DNA of 64,000 nt, taken from contig NW_027192209.1 in the NCBI RefSeq assembly GCF_041956535.1, positions 562,952-626,951 of the forward strand, in the 5' to 3' direction. A program made the position numbers and the translations under genes. The first letter of the stretch is position 1. Every line of letters starts with the position of its first letter. This DNA is from Calcarisporiella thermophila CBS 279.70. Taxonomy: Eukaryota > Fungi > Calcarisporiellomycota. The notes below the pieces were generated by a model. That model saw only the letters and a program-made list of their open reading frames with translations, was not told the origin of the DNA and searched no databases. Positions 1 through 13,121 of the stretch are shown one piece after another.

Positions 1-635
1 TAGCGTCGGCAGTAGGTGGCGGGGTCGATGGGCGCCGCGGCCGAAGAGGTCAAGAGGGACTTGAGCAGCTCGCGGGATTCGAAGTCGATCACGCCGCGGT
101 ACCGCTCGACGGCCTTTGGGTTGAGGCTGGCGTGGGCCACGCGGCGAATCTTCTTCAGGTAGTGGTTGTAGGGGGTGGGCAGAAACCCGCGGGCTCCGGG
201 CATAATCACATCACTCCAGGTGTAGAAGCGGGCGCGAGAGCTGTATTTGGCGCCGCGTGTCTCGAGCAAGTCGTGTGCAGCCTGTGCGCTATTGACCACG
301 ATGGTGTCGGCGACGGCGGAGATGCGGGGGCCGAGTTGGACGTGGTAGACGGGGCCGAACCGGCGGGCCAGGCGGGTGAAGACCTTCTCCGGCTGGGAGG
401 GGGAGAATTCGAGGATGCTGCCGAGGAAGGGGAGGCCCCTTGGGCCCGGCAGGGCCCTACCGAGGGCGGGCTTGTTGGCGACGAGGGCGACGTTGAGGGA
501 GAAGCGAAGGAAGAGGAAGCGCAACAGGGCCACGAGGCACCCGATTGCAGAGAGGAGGGTCATGGCGACACTGAGCGTCTCGACACGATGCCCTAAGGAG
601 GAGAAGTGCTGGCCCAGCGCGGTGAAGTCGAGCAT
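1..635 (-). CDS. Cytochrome P450, 5' part (runs off the window edge)
   Basis: Manual translation from ATG at 635: MLDFTALGQHF..., an N-terminal TM segment (AMTLLSAIGCLVALLRFLFL), the Pro hinge LPGPRGLPFLGSI, then RFGPVYHVQLG...VVNSAQAAHDLLETRGAKYSSR. It is absent from the ORF track because there is no stop in the window. Confidence 0.9.
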   Translation of the reverse strand, partial: MLDFTALGQHFSSLGHRVETLSVAMTLLSAIGCLVALLRFLFLRFSLNVALVANKPALGRALPGPRGLPFLGSILEFSPSQPEKVFTRLARRFGPVYHVQLGPRISAVADTIVVNSAQAAHDLLETRGAKYSSRARFYTWSDVIMPGARGFLPTPYNHYLKKIRRVAHASLNPKAVERYRGVIDFESRELLKSLLTSSAAAPIDPATYCRR

Positions 636-2209
636 TTTTGTTGCGGCCGTGTTTTGGTTGGTGTGGCTTGATTGGGAACAAGTATTGGGTGGAGAGCAGT
701 GGCGGGATTGGAAAGCAGGCCTTTGTCGTTATTATTGGGGAACGGCGGGACACCCTGCGGAAAAGAGCGCTAAAGAGCAGCGGAGAATGGAACAAGCAAG
801 TTTTGGATTTTTTTTTTTCCCGCAAGGTGGAGCTCATTTTTATAGCCATTGGTGATATTTAAAGAGCGGCTCAGGCCGGAGCGGTGGGGAGGAAGTAGAA
901 GGGAACAAAATCACCCGCACGGACTGATGAATTAACGCTTCTTTAGGAAAGAATAAAACAGTCCGTATATTACTCATGGAAGGGGGGATTTCTCTTAGAA
1001 TTTATTAAACCTAGTTTGATCTTTTTCCCAGTGAGGGCAAAAAGAGTTGACAGTGTGGTTGCGACTTGTAGGCTCCGCTTTTGGCATGACCTTGAGACCC
1101 GGCACTCTCCCTTTCCGGTTAGAGGCTCTGCATGGGAGCGCAGAGGAGCCATGCGTGCATGGGGTGTGGCCTGTGAGCGCAATGTGGCTGCCATGTTTAT
1201 ATTTTCGTTAGCGCCGAATAGCTCGGGGAGGTTTGGTCAGCGACGGCGGCTAAAAAAAAAGACAAAAAACTCGTTTTCCTTTTCGCCGCCAGCTCTCAGT
1301 CCGCCAGGAGTCACGCTGAAGCTAAATCGCCTTTAGGTTGCAGGCCTGTTCACATATAACGCTACAACCATCGCCAAATCGTGTCATTGTTGCGCAAGCT
1401 TAGGGGCGCGGAGAAATGAGCCGCGGCGGCGGCGCTGCCTTGCGAGTGTCATGGGTCTTGCCTGTGGGCCTCCCATGCCCACTCACGATCTGCCGCCTCT
1501 GGCGCTGCATCGGGGATCGAGCGGATCGCACTCGAAACACTAGGGGCCCGAGGGCGGCCCCGTCCGCTCCGTCCCCCATTTGTAGGAGGAGGGTGCATCG
1601 CCTTGCCTGCCGCCCATTGCCCTCGGTCGCTTGAGGGGCAGCGGACACTAGCGGTTTAGGCATGAGCAACTTTGATCCGCATAGACGCAATGTTGTCAGT
1701 TGATATATGCGTTCGGAACTGACACCAGCGGAGGTGAATGGGCGGAAGGGCAGCAGCCGCGCAAACACAAAAAAGGCATTGGCCAAGGAGCGCGAGGATG
1801 AGAACTCTCTTTTTTTCGATCTGGGCCGGTTGCATCTGGAAGCAAATGGGAAGAATGGGAAAATGCAAGTGTGAAGGCCGTTTCCTTTCCAACCCGGGCT
1901 GCAGCTGCAGCTTTGGGACCAAGGCTGCGCCACGGAGTATCAGACCGGTGTGAAGCACACCGATGGCGTCACCCCCGTGTGATGTCTCCCGCCTCCGTCA
2001 TGGAGGGCCGAGGCGTGAGCTACCACTTGACTAAGTTTCTTGGTTTTTTCCTTTCTTTCGTTTCCTGCATCTACCCCCTTTCCTCCCGTTTTTCCATCAC
2101 TTTCTCGCTCTAATTCCAACCCCTACCCACGCCAAGTCTCATTTTCCCCAAGAAAACTTGAAAGAAGCGGAGGATCTCGATAGAGCGCGCGTCAAACCAA
2201 GAATTAAGC

Positions 2210-5200
2210 ATGGCGTTCCCCTCGCATCATCATCCTTCGCGACCGGTGGATCGCGAGAAGGCTGAAACCGAGCTGGCCCTCAATGTCAAGAAGGCGACGA
2301 GTCCTGATGAGACTGCGCCGAAGCAAAAGCATGTCCGGAGTAAGCCCATTGCTAGAATTAGCTGAGATTTGCGCGTCCACGCATCCATTAACCTTGTCTT
2401 TCAAACCCGTGCCCCCATTAAAGGCTGCATCGTATACACATGGGACTACCACACCTCCCAATCGATCTGGACGCTTCTCAAGATGCAGCCCATCTTGTCA
2501 GATGAGGTGCAAACCTTCAAAGCCCTCATCACCGTGCACAAGCTCCTATGCGATGGCCATCCCAATGTATGCTTTATCAAGCACTAATCTAATCTCGCGC
2601 CCCCATCCTAGGCTAACCCTCATCGTATTCCCATTTCTGTTACAGATTCTCAGAGAGGCACAGGCGGAGCTGCCATGGGTCCAATCTTGTTCGAGATCGG
2701 TCATGGGCGATGGCTCGCGCGGGTATGGCACGCTCATTCGAGCCTATGTTGAATTTTTGCTCGCTAAGCTGAATTACCATCGCGTGCATCCGGACTTCAC
2801 CGGCAATTTCGACTACAAGGAGTACGTCAGCTTGAAGGGAATTGATGACCCCAACGAAGGGTAAGCCATTTTTGCTCGTCTCTGTTGTCAGCCCATCTCT
2901 CTCCAAACGACTTCTAACCTGTGCTCTTTGCCCCTCCTCCTTCCATTTCCCTTCCATCTTAGCTACGAAACAATCAGCGATCTCATGAATCTTCAAGACC
3001 AGATAGACGCATTCCAAAAGCTGATTTTCTCACAATTCCGCCCATCCACTAACAACGAATGCCGAATTGCCGCCCTGGTTCCCTTGGTGGAGGAGAGCTA
3101 CGGTATCTACAAGTTCGTAACAAACATGCTCCGTGCGATGCACAGGCGTACCGATGCAATCGACGCTTTGGAGCCGCTTCGGACTCGCTTCAATGCCCAA
3201 CACTACCGGCTTCTGAAGTTCTACTACGAATGCTCGAATCTCAAGTATTTGACTAGTTTGACGAGCGTGCCAAAGCTTCCACAGGTATAGCCCAATGCCT
3301 CTTTGCGTTCTCATTGAAATAAAAGAATACGGACTAATCAGTGGACGCTCTAGGATCCCCCCTCCCTCATGGATACATCTGGCCCGCCCTCACTTCCTAA
3401 GCGCCAAGCCACTGTACGCGATCCCACCCCTACTCCACCACCCCCCCAACCCGACCCCGAACCTATCATCGATTTTTGGTCAGAAACACAAGCGCAGCAG
3501 CAGCGCGAATATGAAATGCAGCAACAGTTGCTCGCGCAACAACACCAGGCGGAGCTCGAGCGCCAGCGCCAACTGCAGCTGCAACAGCAACGTGAATTTG
3601 AGGAGCTGCAGCGCATCCAAGCAGAGCGCGAACGGCAGCAGAGAGAACAGCTGATGCGCGAGCAGATGCAGCGGCAGACTGAAGGTCGTGTGTTGGAGCT
3701 GGAGAGGGAACTTCTAGGGCTGAGAGGACAATTTGAGAGGGACCAACTCTCCCTGCAGCAATATGACCAGGTGAGTAGTAGTCGCACGGATGTGGATCGC
3801 CTGGGATAGGAATATTTATGTGTGTCCTTTATTCATCTATAGCGAGTGAAAGCCCTTGAAAATGAACTGAGCCAGTTGAATTTGAATGCCCAACAGCGCG
3901 ACGCCTCTAAAGACGAGCTAATCAAGTCGCTTCAGGGTGAGTTGTCTCATTTATTTTCCCGTGTTTTTTACTTTTTTAAATACAAACACTGATCTGTGTT
4001 AATGTTTTCCATTTTTTCCTTTTTGTCTAGATCAAATTGCTATGTGGAAGAATAAGTACGAAGCCCTTGCTAAACTCTACTCGCAGCTACGTCAGGAGCA
4101 TCTGGAGCTTCTGAACAAGACAAAGCAATTGCAGCTCAAGGCAAACTCGGCACAGGAGGCAATCGAGCGCATGGAGCGGTTGCAAGGCGATATGAAAGCA
4201 AAGAACATGGAGCTTGCGGATATGATCCGGGAGAGGGATCGGGCAAGAAATGAACTTGAGCGATTGAAATCGGTATTTTTCAGATCCATTTTGAACCCAG
4301 CACCCATATTGATTCATCTTACCCCCCACCCTCCCTCCCCCTTTGTAGAGCCATTTGGACGAACTGAACCGGCTTCGTCGCGAGCTCTCGGATGCGAATA
4401 CCCGCGTGGAAGAGCTCGGTCGCACGAAAGGCGCTGAGGTGGAGCGCTTGCTCTCCAAATTCAACCGGGAGAAGAGTGAGTTGGAGTCGGTAGCTCGCGA
4501 CAAACAGCACACGATTGACGATCTGCTGAGGCAGTTGGAGGAGCGCCGTGCGGAGGTGGAGCGTATTCAACAGGAGAAGGACGAAGAGATTGCGATCATG
4601 CAAGCGGGAATGGACCAAAGCTTGCTGGCGCTGGCGGATCTGCAGCGGAATTCGGGCGATAAGGAGTCTACCCTGCAAACCCAGCTCGATTCCTTGACAC
4701 GGCAGCACATCGCGAAGCTGGCCCAAATCCTCGACAGCATCCTGGCCTCCTGCATCCAGAAGGTGGCCGATGGCGTCTATGACCTCGAGGTGGGCGGGCC
4801 TGGAAACCAGAACGCCACCCCGGAGTTTGCGCTCTCGCTGATTGAGATGGCGACGGCCTCGTCGAACGAGTTCTCCACCGCATTCAGCATCTACCTGCAG
4901 GGGGGGAAGAAGGGGGGCGATCCCACCGACGTGATCTCCGCCGCGACCAACTTGGCGCAGGCCATCGTCGACGTGATGGCCAACCTGAAGGGGGTGACAC
5001 GCCTGGCGCAGAACGACGAAAAGGTGGAGGAGCTGATCACGTCAGGGAAGAGCGCGGGCGAGCGGGCCATCTCCTTCTTCTCCAGCGTCACGTCGAAGAA
5101 GATAGACGCGCTGTCGGCGGTCCAGCGGCCCGAGGTGGTCCTCAAGAGGAACATGGAGCTGCAGCAGGCGTTGCAGCACGCGTCGCAGCTCACGGAGAAG

Positions 5201-5959
5201 CTCGTGGGCAGGCAGGCGGGCGTTTCGTCGATGGCGGACTCGGAGCTGGGCGACCTGGTCGAGCGGGAGATGTTGAGCGCGGCGCGCGCGGTCGAGGAGG
5301 CCACCGCCAAGATCCAGGCCCTGATGCAGGCGCCGCGCCCCGAGGTGTCGAGCACGGAGTTGCAGGTGCACTCGGCCATCCTGGACTCGGTGATGGCCAT
5401 CACCAACGCCATCGCGCACCTGATCCGGTGCGCCACCGACGCGCAGCAGGAGATTGTGGCGCAGGGGCGCGGCACCAGCTCGGCGCAGGCCTTCTACAAG
5501 AAGAACAACCGGTGGACGGAGGGACTGATTTCGGCGGCGAAGGCGGTGGCGGTGGCGACTAACATCCTGGTGCAGGCGGCGGACGGGGTCATCCACGACA
5601 CACACTCGCTGGAGCAGCTCATTGTCGCGTCCAACGAGGTGGCGGCGGCCACCGCGCAGCTCGTGGCGGCCTCGCGCGTCAAGGCGACCTTCATGTCGCG
5701 CACGCAGGAGCGGCTCGAGGCGGCCGCGCGCGCCGTCACCGACGCGGCCTCCGCCTTGGTCAAGGCGGTCAAGACGATTGCGCAGCAGCGCGCCGAATCC
5801 AAGAGTCGCACGGACTATGCACGCATGGCGGCCCACGAGTTCAAGGTCAAGGAGATGGAGCAACAGGTGCTGATCCTGCGGCTCGAGCAGGAGCTCACCA
5901 ATGCCCGCAGGGAGCTCGCGGAAATGCGCAAGGTGTCCTACCACCAAGACGAAGACTAA
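2210..5959 (+). CDS. SLA2: Sla2/End4/HIP1R endocytic actin adaptor (ANTH, coiled coil, talin-like I/LWEQ); multi-exon
   Basis: KKATSPDETAPKQKHVR / CIVYTWDY / QTFKALITVHK ANTH motifs; WKNKYEALAKLYSQLRQEH; C-terminal FYKKNNRWTEGLISAAKAVA...EMEQQV; several GT-AG introns. Confidence 0.97.
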
Positions 5960-6940
5960 ACCGCTTCCTCCCTTCCCCCCTCTCCCCCCTCTTCCCCCTC
6001 TTCCCCCTCCTCCTCCCCCTCTCTTTCCAGCCCTACCGTGCTTGGGGTGACCGACCCATCTTCGGCCATGAGCGCGGAGTGCATCTCTTTTCTTTTTCTG
6101 CTTTTGCATGATTTTACGCTTGATAACGCCTCCCTATTTCTCTATCTCTATCACTTCCCCTTATATATATATATGTTTTGGCCTTTCCTCTTTTTTATCC
6201 CTTTCGGAGTGTATGATTTTTTTATAACCTTTTTTTTTTTCTCCCTAAAAGACGTCTTTTTCCTAAGAAAGCAATTGGGAGAGGGTGCTCCATTCGCTCT
6301 GTCGATGTATACTTTGACGAAGATCGAGTGGAAAAAGAAACAACTTTTCCTTCCATTTTCCATGAGGAGGAGAGGAGAGAAGGGAGGAAAGGCAATGAAC
6401 AATGGGAATGGGGTAAAAAAGATAATAACACACTATTACTATTTCAGATGGAGAATAAAAAAACATAGAACCAGGTATGCTTCAGAATCATCATTATAGA
6501 TAAACGAGAAGAGGAAGAATAAGAAGACTATAGATATACACAAAACGACAAAACAAAAACTCTAAAAAGCTAATAATATGATATTATGATAGGAGGATAT
6601 AAGAGAAAAAAAAAAGGAGAAAAAACTATAGCTAGCATTATATAATGAACTCTTTTTTTTAGGGGGGGGGAGAGAAAAAAATATAAAAGGCAGTCGGAAT
6701 AGATAGTAAGCTGAAATAAAATATATATATATATAGAAATGTATATAAAAGAAAAAAAAAGAAAAGATATACAATATGGAAGCCTCGCCCTTCTAAATCC
6801 AACATGGAGAGATAAAAATAAACTAGAAATAGAATGATAGCACTGAAGGGGAAAAAAAAAAGAAGAGACATGCACACAACATGGATGACGAGTCATAAGA
6901 GAATAGAAAAGCTCAGAGTGCAAATGAAAAAGCGGCGAAT

Positions 6941-8822
6941 TCAGCTCTCCACATGCCCGTTTATCGGCTTCATCCCAGGCTGGTTCGTCACCAACGAAGG
7001 GAACATACAGCCTCCACCCGGCGGAGGCATTGGGATGGACACCTGCATCGCGACAGCAGGGGCCAAGCCCTCCTGTATGGCCGAGGCGGAGGAGTAGTAG
7101 TGGTGTTGCTGAAACGGGGGTTGCTGCTGCTGCTGCTGCTGGAGGTGATACGGAATCCCAGGCTGCGGCGAATAGGACAATGGAGGTGCTGGTTGCGGAT
7201 AAGACCGCGCTGAAAGCGAGGCGTTACGCTGTGGGGGCATGATGGAGGGGGTAGCCTGTGCATCCACCGCTGCGCCGGGCTTCTCCTCCTCCGAGCCGGA
7301 GCTGGTGTCTGCTTTTGGTCCACTGGCGGATTCCGTAGCACGGAACTTTTGGTCGGCCGACGCAATCGTTGGGGGCGGCGTCAGGATGGACGCGGGTGGG
7401 TGCGCAGGGATCTCAGGGGGGGCAACCGACCCATTTCTTGGCAGTCCACCTCTCAATCCATCACAATGCAACGGCTCAGCCGGGGCGTGGCAAATGGCCG
7501 GATGTGTGTATGCCGAGTGATACACCTCTGTTGGCGTGGGCGGAGGGAGATGTGGCCGGTAGTGGGGGGGATGCACGGGCGGAGGAGGCGGGCGCACCAT
7601 GGGGACGTAGATGGAGGGCTGTTCGACCTGGCTTACCAGATTCACAGCTGGGAGGGGCGGGTGCGGGGGAGGGTTGGAATAGAGCTGCGATCGCTGTTGC
7701 AACTGTTCAGGGCTGTCAATGACGACGATGACCTCCGGGGTCCTTGCAGTCGTGATGCCGAACTGAGAATGAAGCGGCTGCGGCTGAGAGCGAGGGGAAG
7801 TGTAATGGGGGGGAGTACGCATCATAGGAGGACTAGGGGTTGTGCGATCGGCAGAGGGCGAGTGATGGGAGGGCTGTAACTGCTGATGAGGCATCATCGC
7901 CTTGTGTTCTCCTCTAGCTCTGTAATGCGGGGACACTCCATTCTTTCCTCCATTCGCTGATTCCGCCGCATTCCCACCCGCATTCCCACTCCAGCTTCCC
8001 CCCGCTCCATTATTAGCTTGCTTTGACCGCGTTGGGGATACCGGCGCTTGCTTTCCTGGCGACCCTGAGCGCTCAGAGGGGGGTGTGGCAAGCAGTTCTC
8101 CAGGATAGTTGGAGAGGTGATTGCGGCGATGTTCCTCCTCTGCCAGCCAGTGACGCAGCAACTGATCACCATAATTCTGCAGCTCCTCAATAGGCACTGC
8201 AAGATGGAATTCGCACAGGACCAGAAATTCTCGCTCCAGGATATTGAGCTCGTGTACAGGGAGGCCTCCAACCTAATGGGTAGGAATCATCCATGATTAA
8301 TTCCCGTCATGGTTAGAAAGAAAGAGAGGAGAGAGGGGGGCGGAGAGGGAATACCTTTGCGTAGCGTGAGTTGGTGTAAAATACATCTGAAAAATACTTT
8401 GATGCAATCACCACCCCCGAGATAATTAGCCGGTGAATGTTGTATGAATTGATGGTAAATGGATGGCCAGTTTTTTGGACCGTGTATCGAGCCATACGGT
8501 CAAAATAGACCAGCAGCGACAGGAAACATTCATTGGGGCAAGGGCAATATTTGAGAATGCGTACCAGATACGCGTGGATGTCGATGGCGGGCAGTGAACG
8601 CGCGTGGAAGCGAGTGTAATTTGGGTGCACCCAAGATTCGTCACCCTCACGCGTTGATAGAGCGCGAGTGGGGCTTTCTGGAGCACCAGAGCCGGCCACA
8701 GCGGTAGAAGAGCTCAGCGGCTTGAGCAGCTGATCATTCGCTTTTGTGATGCGCTCAAGGCAGCACGCAAGCATGCGCAACATTTCAAGGGTTGGGAAAT
8801 TGGCAAGATTGAGGTGGTGCAT
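6941..8822 (-). CDS. Pho85-type cyclin (Pcl6/Pcl7-like) with long Pro/Ser/Gln-rich C-terminal tail
   Basis: FHARSLPAIDIHAYLVRILKYCP...NSYNIHRLIISGVVIASKYFSDVFYTNSRYAK | intron ~8273-8354 | VGGLPVHELNILEREFL...EELQNYGDQLL. Confidence 0.92.
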
Positions 8823-11391
8823 TTTATGATTAATGGGAATGTTGAATTAGAACTAAAATCGAGAGAGGAAAGGGGGTAGGAGGGGGGACGGCAAGCAGGA
8901 AAGGAGGGAAGACAACAGGAAGCAAGTGGTGATATTTCAACTAACAAAGATTATCACGAAACACCCCTTCACAGACCAATCTTTCTCTATGATACAATGG
9001 GCTCTTCATTCGCGTACACGAACATAAAATGGAAAAGAGGCAAGAGAAGAGCAGAGAGAGGGGGGGGGGGAGGGCGGAGAAGATGGAGAGTGGAAACTGG
9101 ATATTTTGTCCCCCAAAATATGAGATGTTCCTAGGAGTGAGATGGACTCAAGATGAAACTAGTTTTTGATTGATTTCTTTCGCATAGAAAAAAATTTTTT
9201 AAAGGTATCAAACGAACTTTAGCAGAAACATAAGAGGGGGGGAGGGGGGGCGAGAACGTCACAATGTATTACGTCATGCGGGGGAGGCCTATAACTGTGG
9301 GCGATAGAGCCGAGGCTCTTAAGCCATCTGGAAAACAAAAGCTTAATTAAAAAATGCATTGAGGATGGATGTGCTGTCCCCCTTTTAGACTTAGGTTGGA
9401 TCCGGCAGCTGTAATGGCACTCATTGATGCGATAACTTGTTAGTTGCAGGACCCCTTCAAGAACCGGTCTTCGGTCGAGGAAGGTTTCCTCGAGGGTTAG
9501 GTAGCCGAAGGAGAGGCGGCTCGTTTCCAAAGGGACGCGGGCGGCTAGGACTTGTGCTCCCCGTTTGAAGTCAGATTGCAAACTAAAGTAGGAAGAAAAT
9601 AGATCCAGAGCCCGGCTAGGAACAAAAATGTCGGGTTGGGCTTAAATTCTGAAATAACCTTCATATGCAGCAGAGCGCCGAAACATTACGACCAATCCCT
9701 AGCTTCCCCTTTCATCTCGGCTCCCTCCCCTCTCCCCACCCGCGGTCCCATTATCGCCAGCGCTGGCCGCACGCGCAAGGATAAGGAAAACCCCTCTTTC
9801 CCTGGCCTCCTATGGTGCCAAAACGCTTTGACACAGCATAAGCAACCTCCATACAGTAGTCCTCGTCGCGATGGCAAGACGGGGTTACTGGTTAGCTGAC
9901 AATCCAGCCTTTTGCAGCGCTAATGCAGCGTTATACAGTTTAGATATGGAAAGCATCTGTGGAATTAATTATGGGAGCAGGGTGTGGTTGCCGAGCGCGT
10001 CAGGACTTGTTTAGCTGTGCATTGCCCGAATTAAAATCCGGTCTGTTCTGGTCGGGTAGGCTTCCCATCTTTAATTGCTTGCGCCTATAGAGAATAGGTA
10101 GGGATCCTCAGCACACGCACCTATAAGCCATGCATTCCGCCCTCGACTCCTACACCACGGCTCAGATTGGAAGCATGTGCGTGTAGGGGGGGGGGGGCGG
10201 TTCGGATCGATGCAATAGGCCCTCCGAGGGATGGGGCTGCTATTTAGAATTTCAAAGCCGTGTTCTCCAAGTGTCAGCTGTACAAAGGAAGGTGATACCC
10301 CCGCTTTTCATTGTTTGGGCTGAAATAATAGAATTCTATCCTTCGTGATATCCAGCATGTTAACATAGGGAGACGAGGGAGAGCCGGACTGGCCAGGGAA
10401 GCCCATAAATTCACACATGGAGCTTCCTTTCATACTTGCAAATCCTCTACATCGACGCCAGCAATAGGGCAGCGCCCCTCTTATCGCATTTGGGCGACAA
10501 GCTGGATGGCGGCTGGCATTTGCATTATAAATTAAGAAAGACTCCATTGCATTGGTTTAACACGGTTTGCATAAGCTTTCTTCCTCTAGTCCATTATCGG
10601 ACCTTCACAGCTGACAAGTGTGAACACGGTCTGAATATACCAAAGGAATGGAGGAGCCTGCCTAATCACGCGGATTCGTACTCTATTTGAGGAATGGAAT
10701 CGCGGTGGGCGAACAGGAGGACAGAATTAGAAGGGGCGCCACCGAATGTACAAGAAAATTTTTGTGTCCATTTAGCCAGAATGAAATCCGAGGCGACGTT
10801 TCTGGCTCGCATTGGATAATGCTCAAAGAGCAACAGCAAAATTTATGTTGCAATTAAGAAATTTAATGCCCATTACAAATATGAACCCGCCGGCTCATAT
10901 AATTCGAGAAGATATGGAGAGGAATCCAGAGCACGCTCCACCATGGATGCAAATTGAACTGCCATGCCAGTTTCTTGACGTGAAGCTGGCACAATGAAGG
11001 CCTTTGAGCATCACCATCCTCGACACACTTTGTATTGGTCCAAGCTCGTTTTTTTTTTTCCAGAGTGTGCGATCAATATTTTTCTTAACCCTTGTTTCGA
11101 ACGGAAAGATTTATTAAAATCGATTGGAAATGAGGCAAGCCTCGATACCATTCGTTATGAGGCGAAAACTTCATAAAAAGAAACAACCGCTCTCTCAAAT
11201 ACTCGCCAGCCAAAAAAAAAAAGCTTTCGCGAAGTTTCCCCCTCTGCAGGTTTTTTTTTTTGCTCCCTCGCGCCAGCCTTCATTTCGCCTCTTGTTCTAT
11301 TTATTATGTAAATTCTACCCCCATCATATAGCGTGTCTAGTTGAATTGTAATTATAGCCCTGCTGTTGTATTTCAATATTTATAATCCACC

Positions 11392-12349
11392 ATGGCAGAA
11401 ATATCTCATCATGACCTATCCATGGTAAGTCCTGTACTTGGCTGTATATTTTCCCCACGGGCGGACTCGCAATCATGGATCTTGACATCCTCTCCCCCTC
11501 ACTTGCTATATATAGACGCTGCGGCGGCTGCGCACCCGCCTGGTGTTCGCCAGGCTCAAGGCCCAGAAGGGCTGGGAGCACCTTGATATCGGGACGCTCG
11601 AGAGGAAGTATCTCAAGGACACAACCAAGTCCAGCCTGAGGAACTGGCACCACTCGCCACGGTTCCCGCTGAGCCCCGAGCCGCCCTCATCGGGCGTTCG
11701 GCAGTACCGGCAGCCGCAGGAGCTGGAGAGCGTGAGGAGCACGCCCCCGCCGCCCGCCCGCTCGCATCCCCCCCGCACCCCCTCCCCCGCAAGATCGACC
11801 AAGGACGAAGAGGATGCCGCCCACATGATGCTGCTCCTCTACCACTCGCCCAGCCCCCGCCCCGCCACCACTCCCCCGATCTCGTCGGGCAACCCCGGGC
11901 ATCGAGACTACTTCCCGGCGCTGCCGTCGGCCGCCTCCGCCTCCTCCGCCTCCAACGTCTACCTCCCCGCCAAGCGCTCGCGAACCCTGACCGAGCCGGC
12001 CGGCGGAAGCGGCAGTCCGCTCCGGTTCAGCCGCACCGCTGGCGACGAGCATGACGACGCCGAGGAGACTAGCCCGACTCTAAGGCTCGCCACCCTGCCC
12101 ACCTACGAGTCCAAGTCCGACACCGAGGAGCGCTTGGAGGGCGGGCGGCTGGGCAATGCGGCGGCGCACCGGCAGTTCTTCACGCCGCCGCCCTACACCG
12201 AGTACCTGGAGTTCTTCCACAAACGGCCGCTGGAGCATAGAAAACACCTGGACGCGGCGGTGGAGGGCCAAGGCGAGACGAGGTCCGACCCCGAGAGCGC
12301 TCGCCAGCAGGTCCTCGCCCCCATGGCCATCAGCAATCTGATCATGTAG
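11392..12349 (+). CDS. Whi5/Nrm1-like G1/S transcriptional repressor (GTB motif)
   Basis: Exon 1 MAEISHHDLSM, intron ~11425-11515, then TLRRLRTRLVFARLKAQKGWEHLDIGTLERKY, which matches the Whi5 LRTRL..A..K...GW GTB motif. Many SP/TP CDK sites; EDAAHMMLLLYHSPS motif. Confidence 0.8.
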
Positions 12350-13121
12350 ATTTAAATAGTGTTAGCCACTGTGTTGTATTTTTTATTTGATTGAGTCTTG
12401 TGTACAGATTTATCTCATTTCGTTATCCTCCTCCTCCTCCTCCTCCTCCTCCTCCTCCACGCTTGGACCCCAAGCCCCCTTTTTTATTGCTTTGAGCTTT
12501 CGCCTAGATAGAGTCGCTCTGCTAATTTCCCCATCTCCGTGTTCGTTTCGCCTTTTCTGCTGTTTTCTGACGTTACATCTCCCCTCTCTCCTTATCCCAT
12601 TCTGTCGTCGCTGTTTCCATTCTTGCTCTGCTTTGTTCTGTGTTTTATTGAATGCCGTCCTATGAACAGATCCTCTGCCTACTTGTACTTTCTGGAAGAC
12701 ATTGGGTCATATAACGTAAACTCGTACAATCCAGCCATTTTCAAATTCCGGCGCTGGGCCTCATTGTCAAATAAACCATAAACGTGGTCCTCCCCCAAAG
12801 TCGACCGATTTCTTTTGTTGAGCAGGCGTACAAGCCGCCGGCCAAACGGGAGCCCGCACAAGCACAATGCTTCGCATCCCAAGACACATGGCCACTTCCC
12901 CACTAGGCAACGTGCGAGGAACCACCCACCCCCCTCGCCGCGAAGGTTTTCCTCTTTCGAGAATCCCGAGCCGGAACCCGCTTATGCACTCTGCCTATAT
13001 AAATAGGGGCCTAAGCGTTGCCCATGATCGCCTCATCCCTCCCCAAGTCTTTTCGACTCTCGCCTTTGCCATCCTCCCCCTCTTTCTCTGTTTCACCCTC
13101 CCCTCCTTAGACAATCGTACA

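Noticed and set aside
132-855. Plus-strand ORFs of 154 and 159 aa
   Set aside because: They are antisense shadows of the GC-rich P450 on the minus strand
1400-1958. Several ORFs between the P450 and SLA2
   Set aside because: No recognisable motifs; likely divergent promoter/UTR sequence
4891-6109. Long minus-strand ORFs (194 and 355 aa)
   Set aside because: They are shadows of the high-GC3 SLA2 last exon
5960-6940. Phe/Lys-rich ORFs and a pyrimidine tract
   Set aside because: Low-complexity convergent 3'UTRs
10436-10690. ILYIDASN resembling a retroelement RNase H motif
   Set aside because: Only one short motif and no supporting RT or integrase fragments
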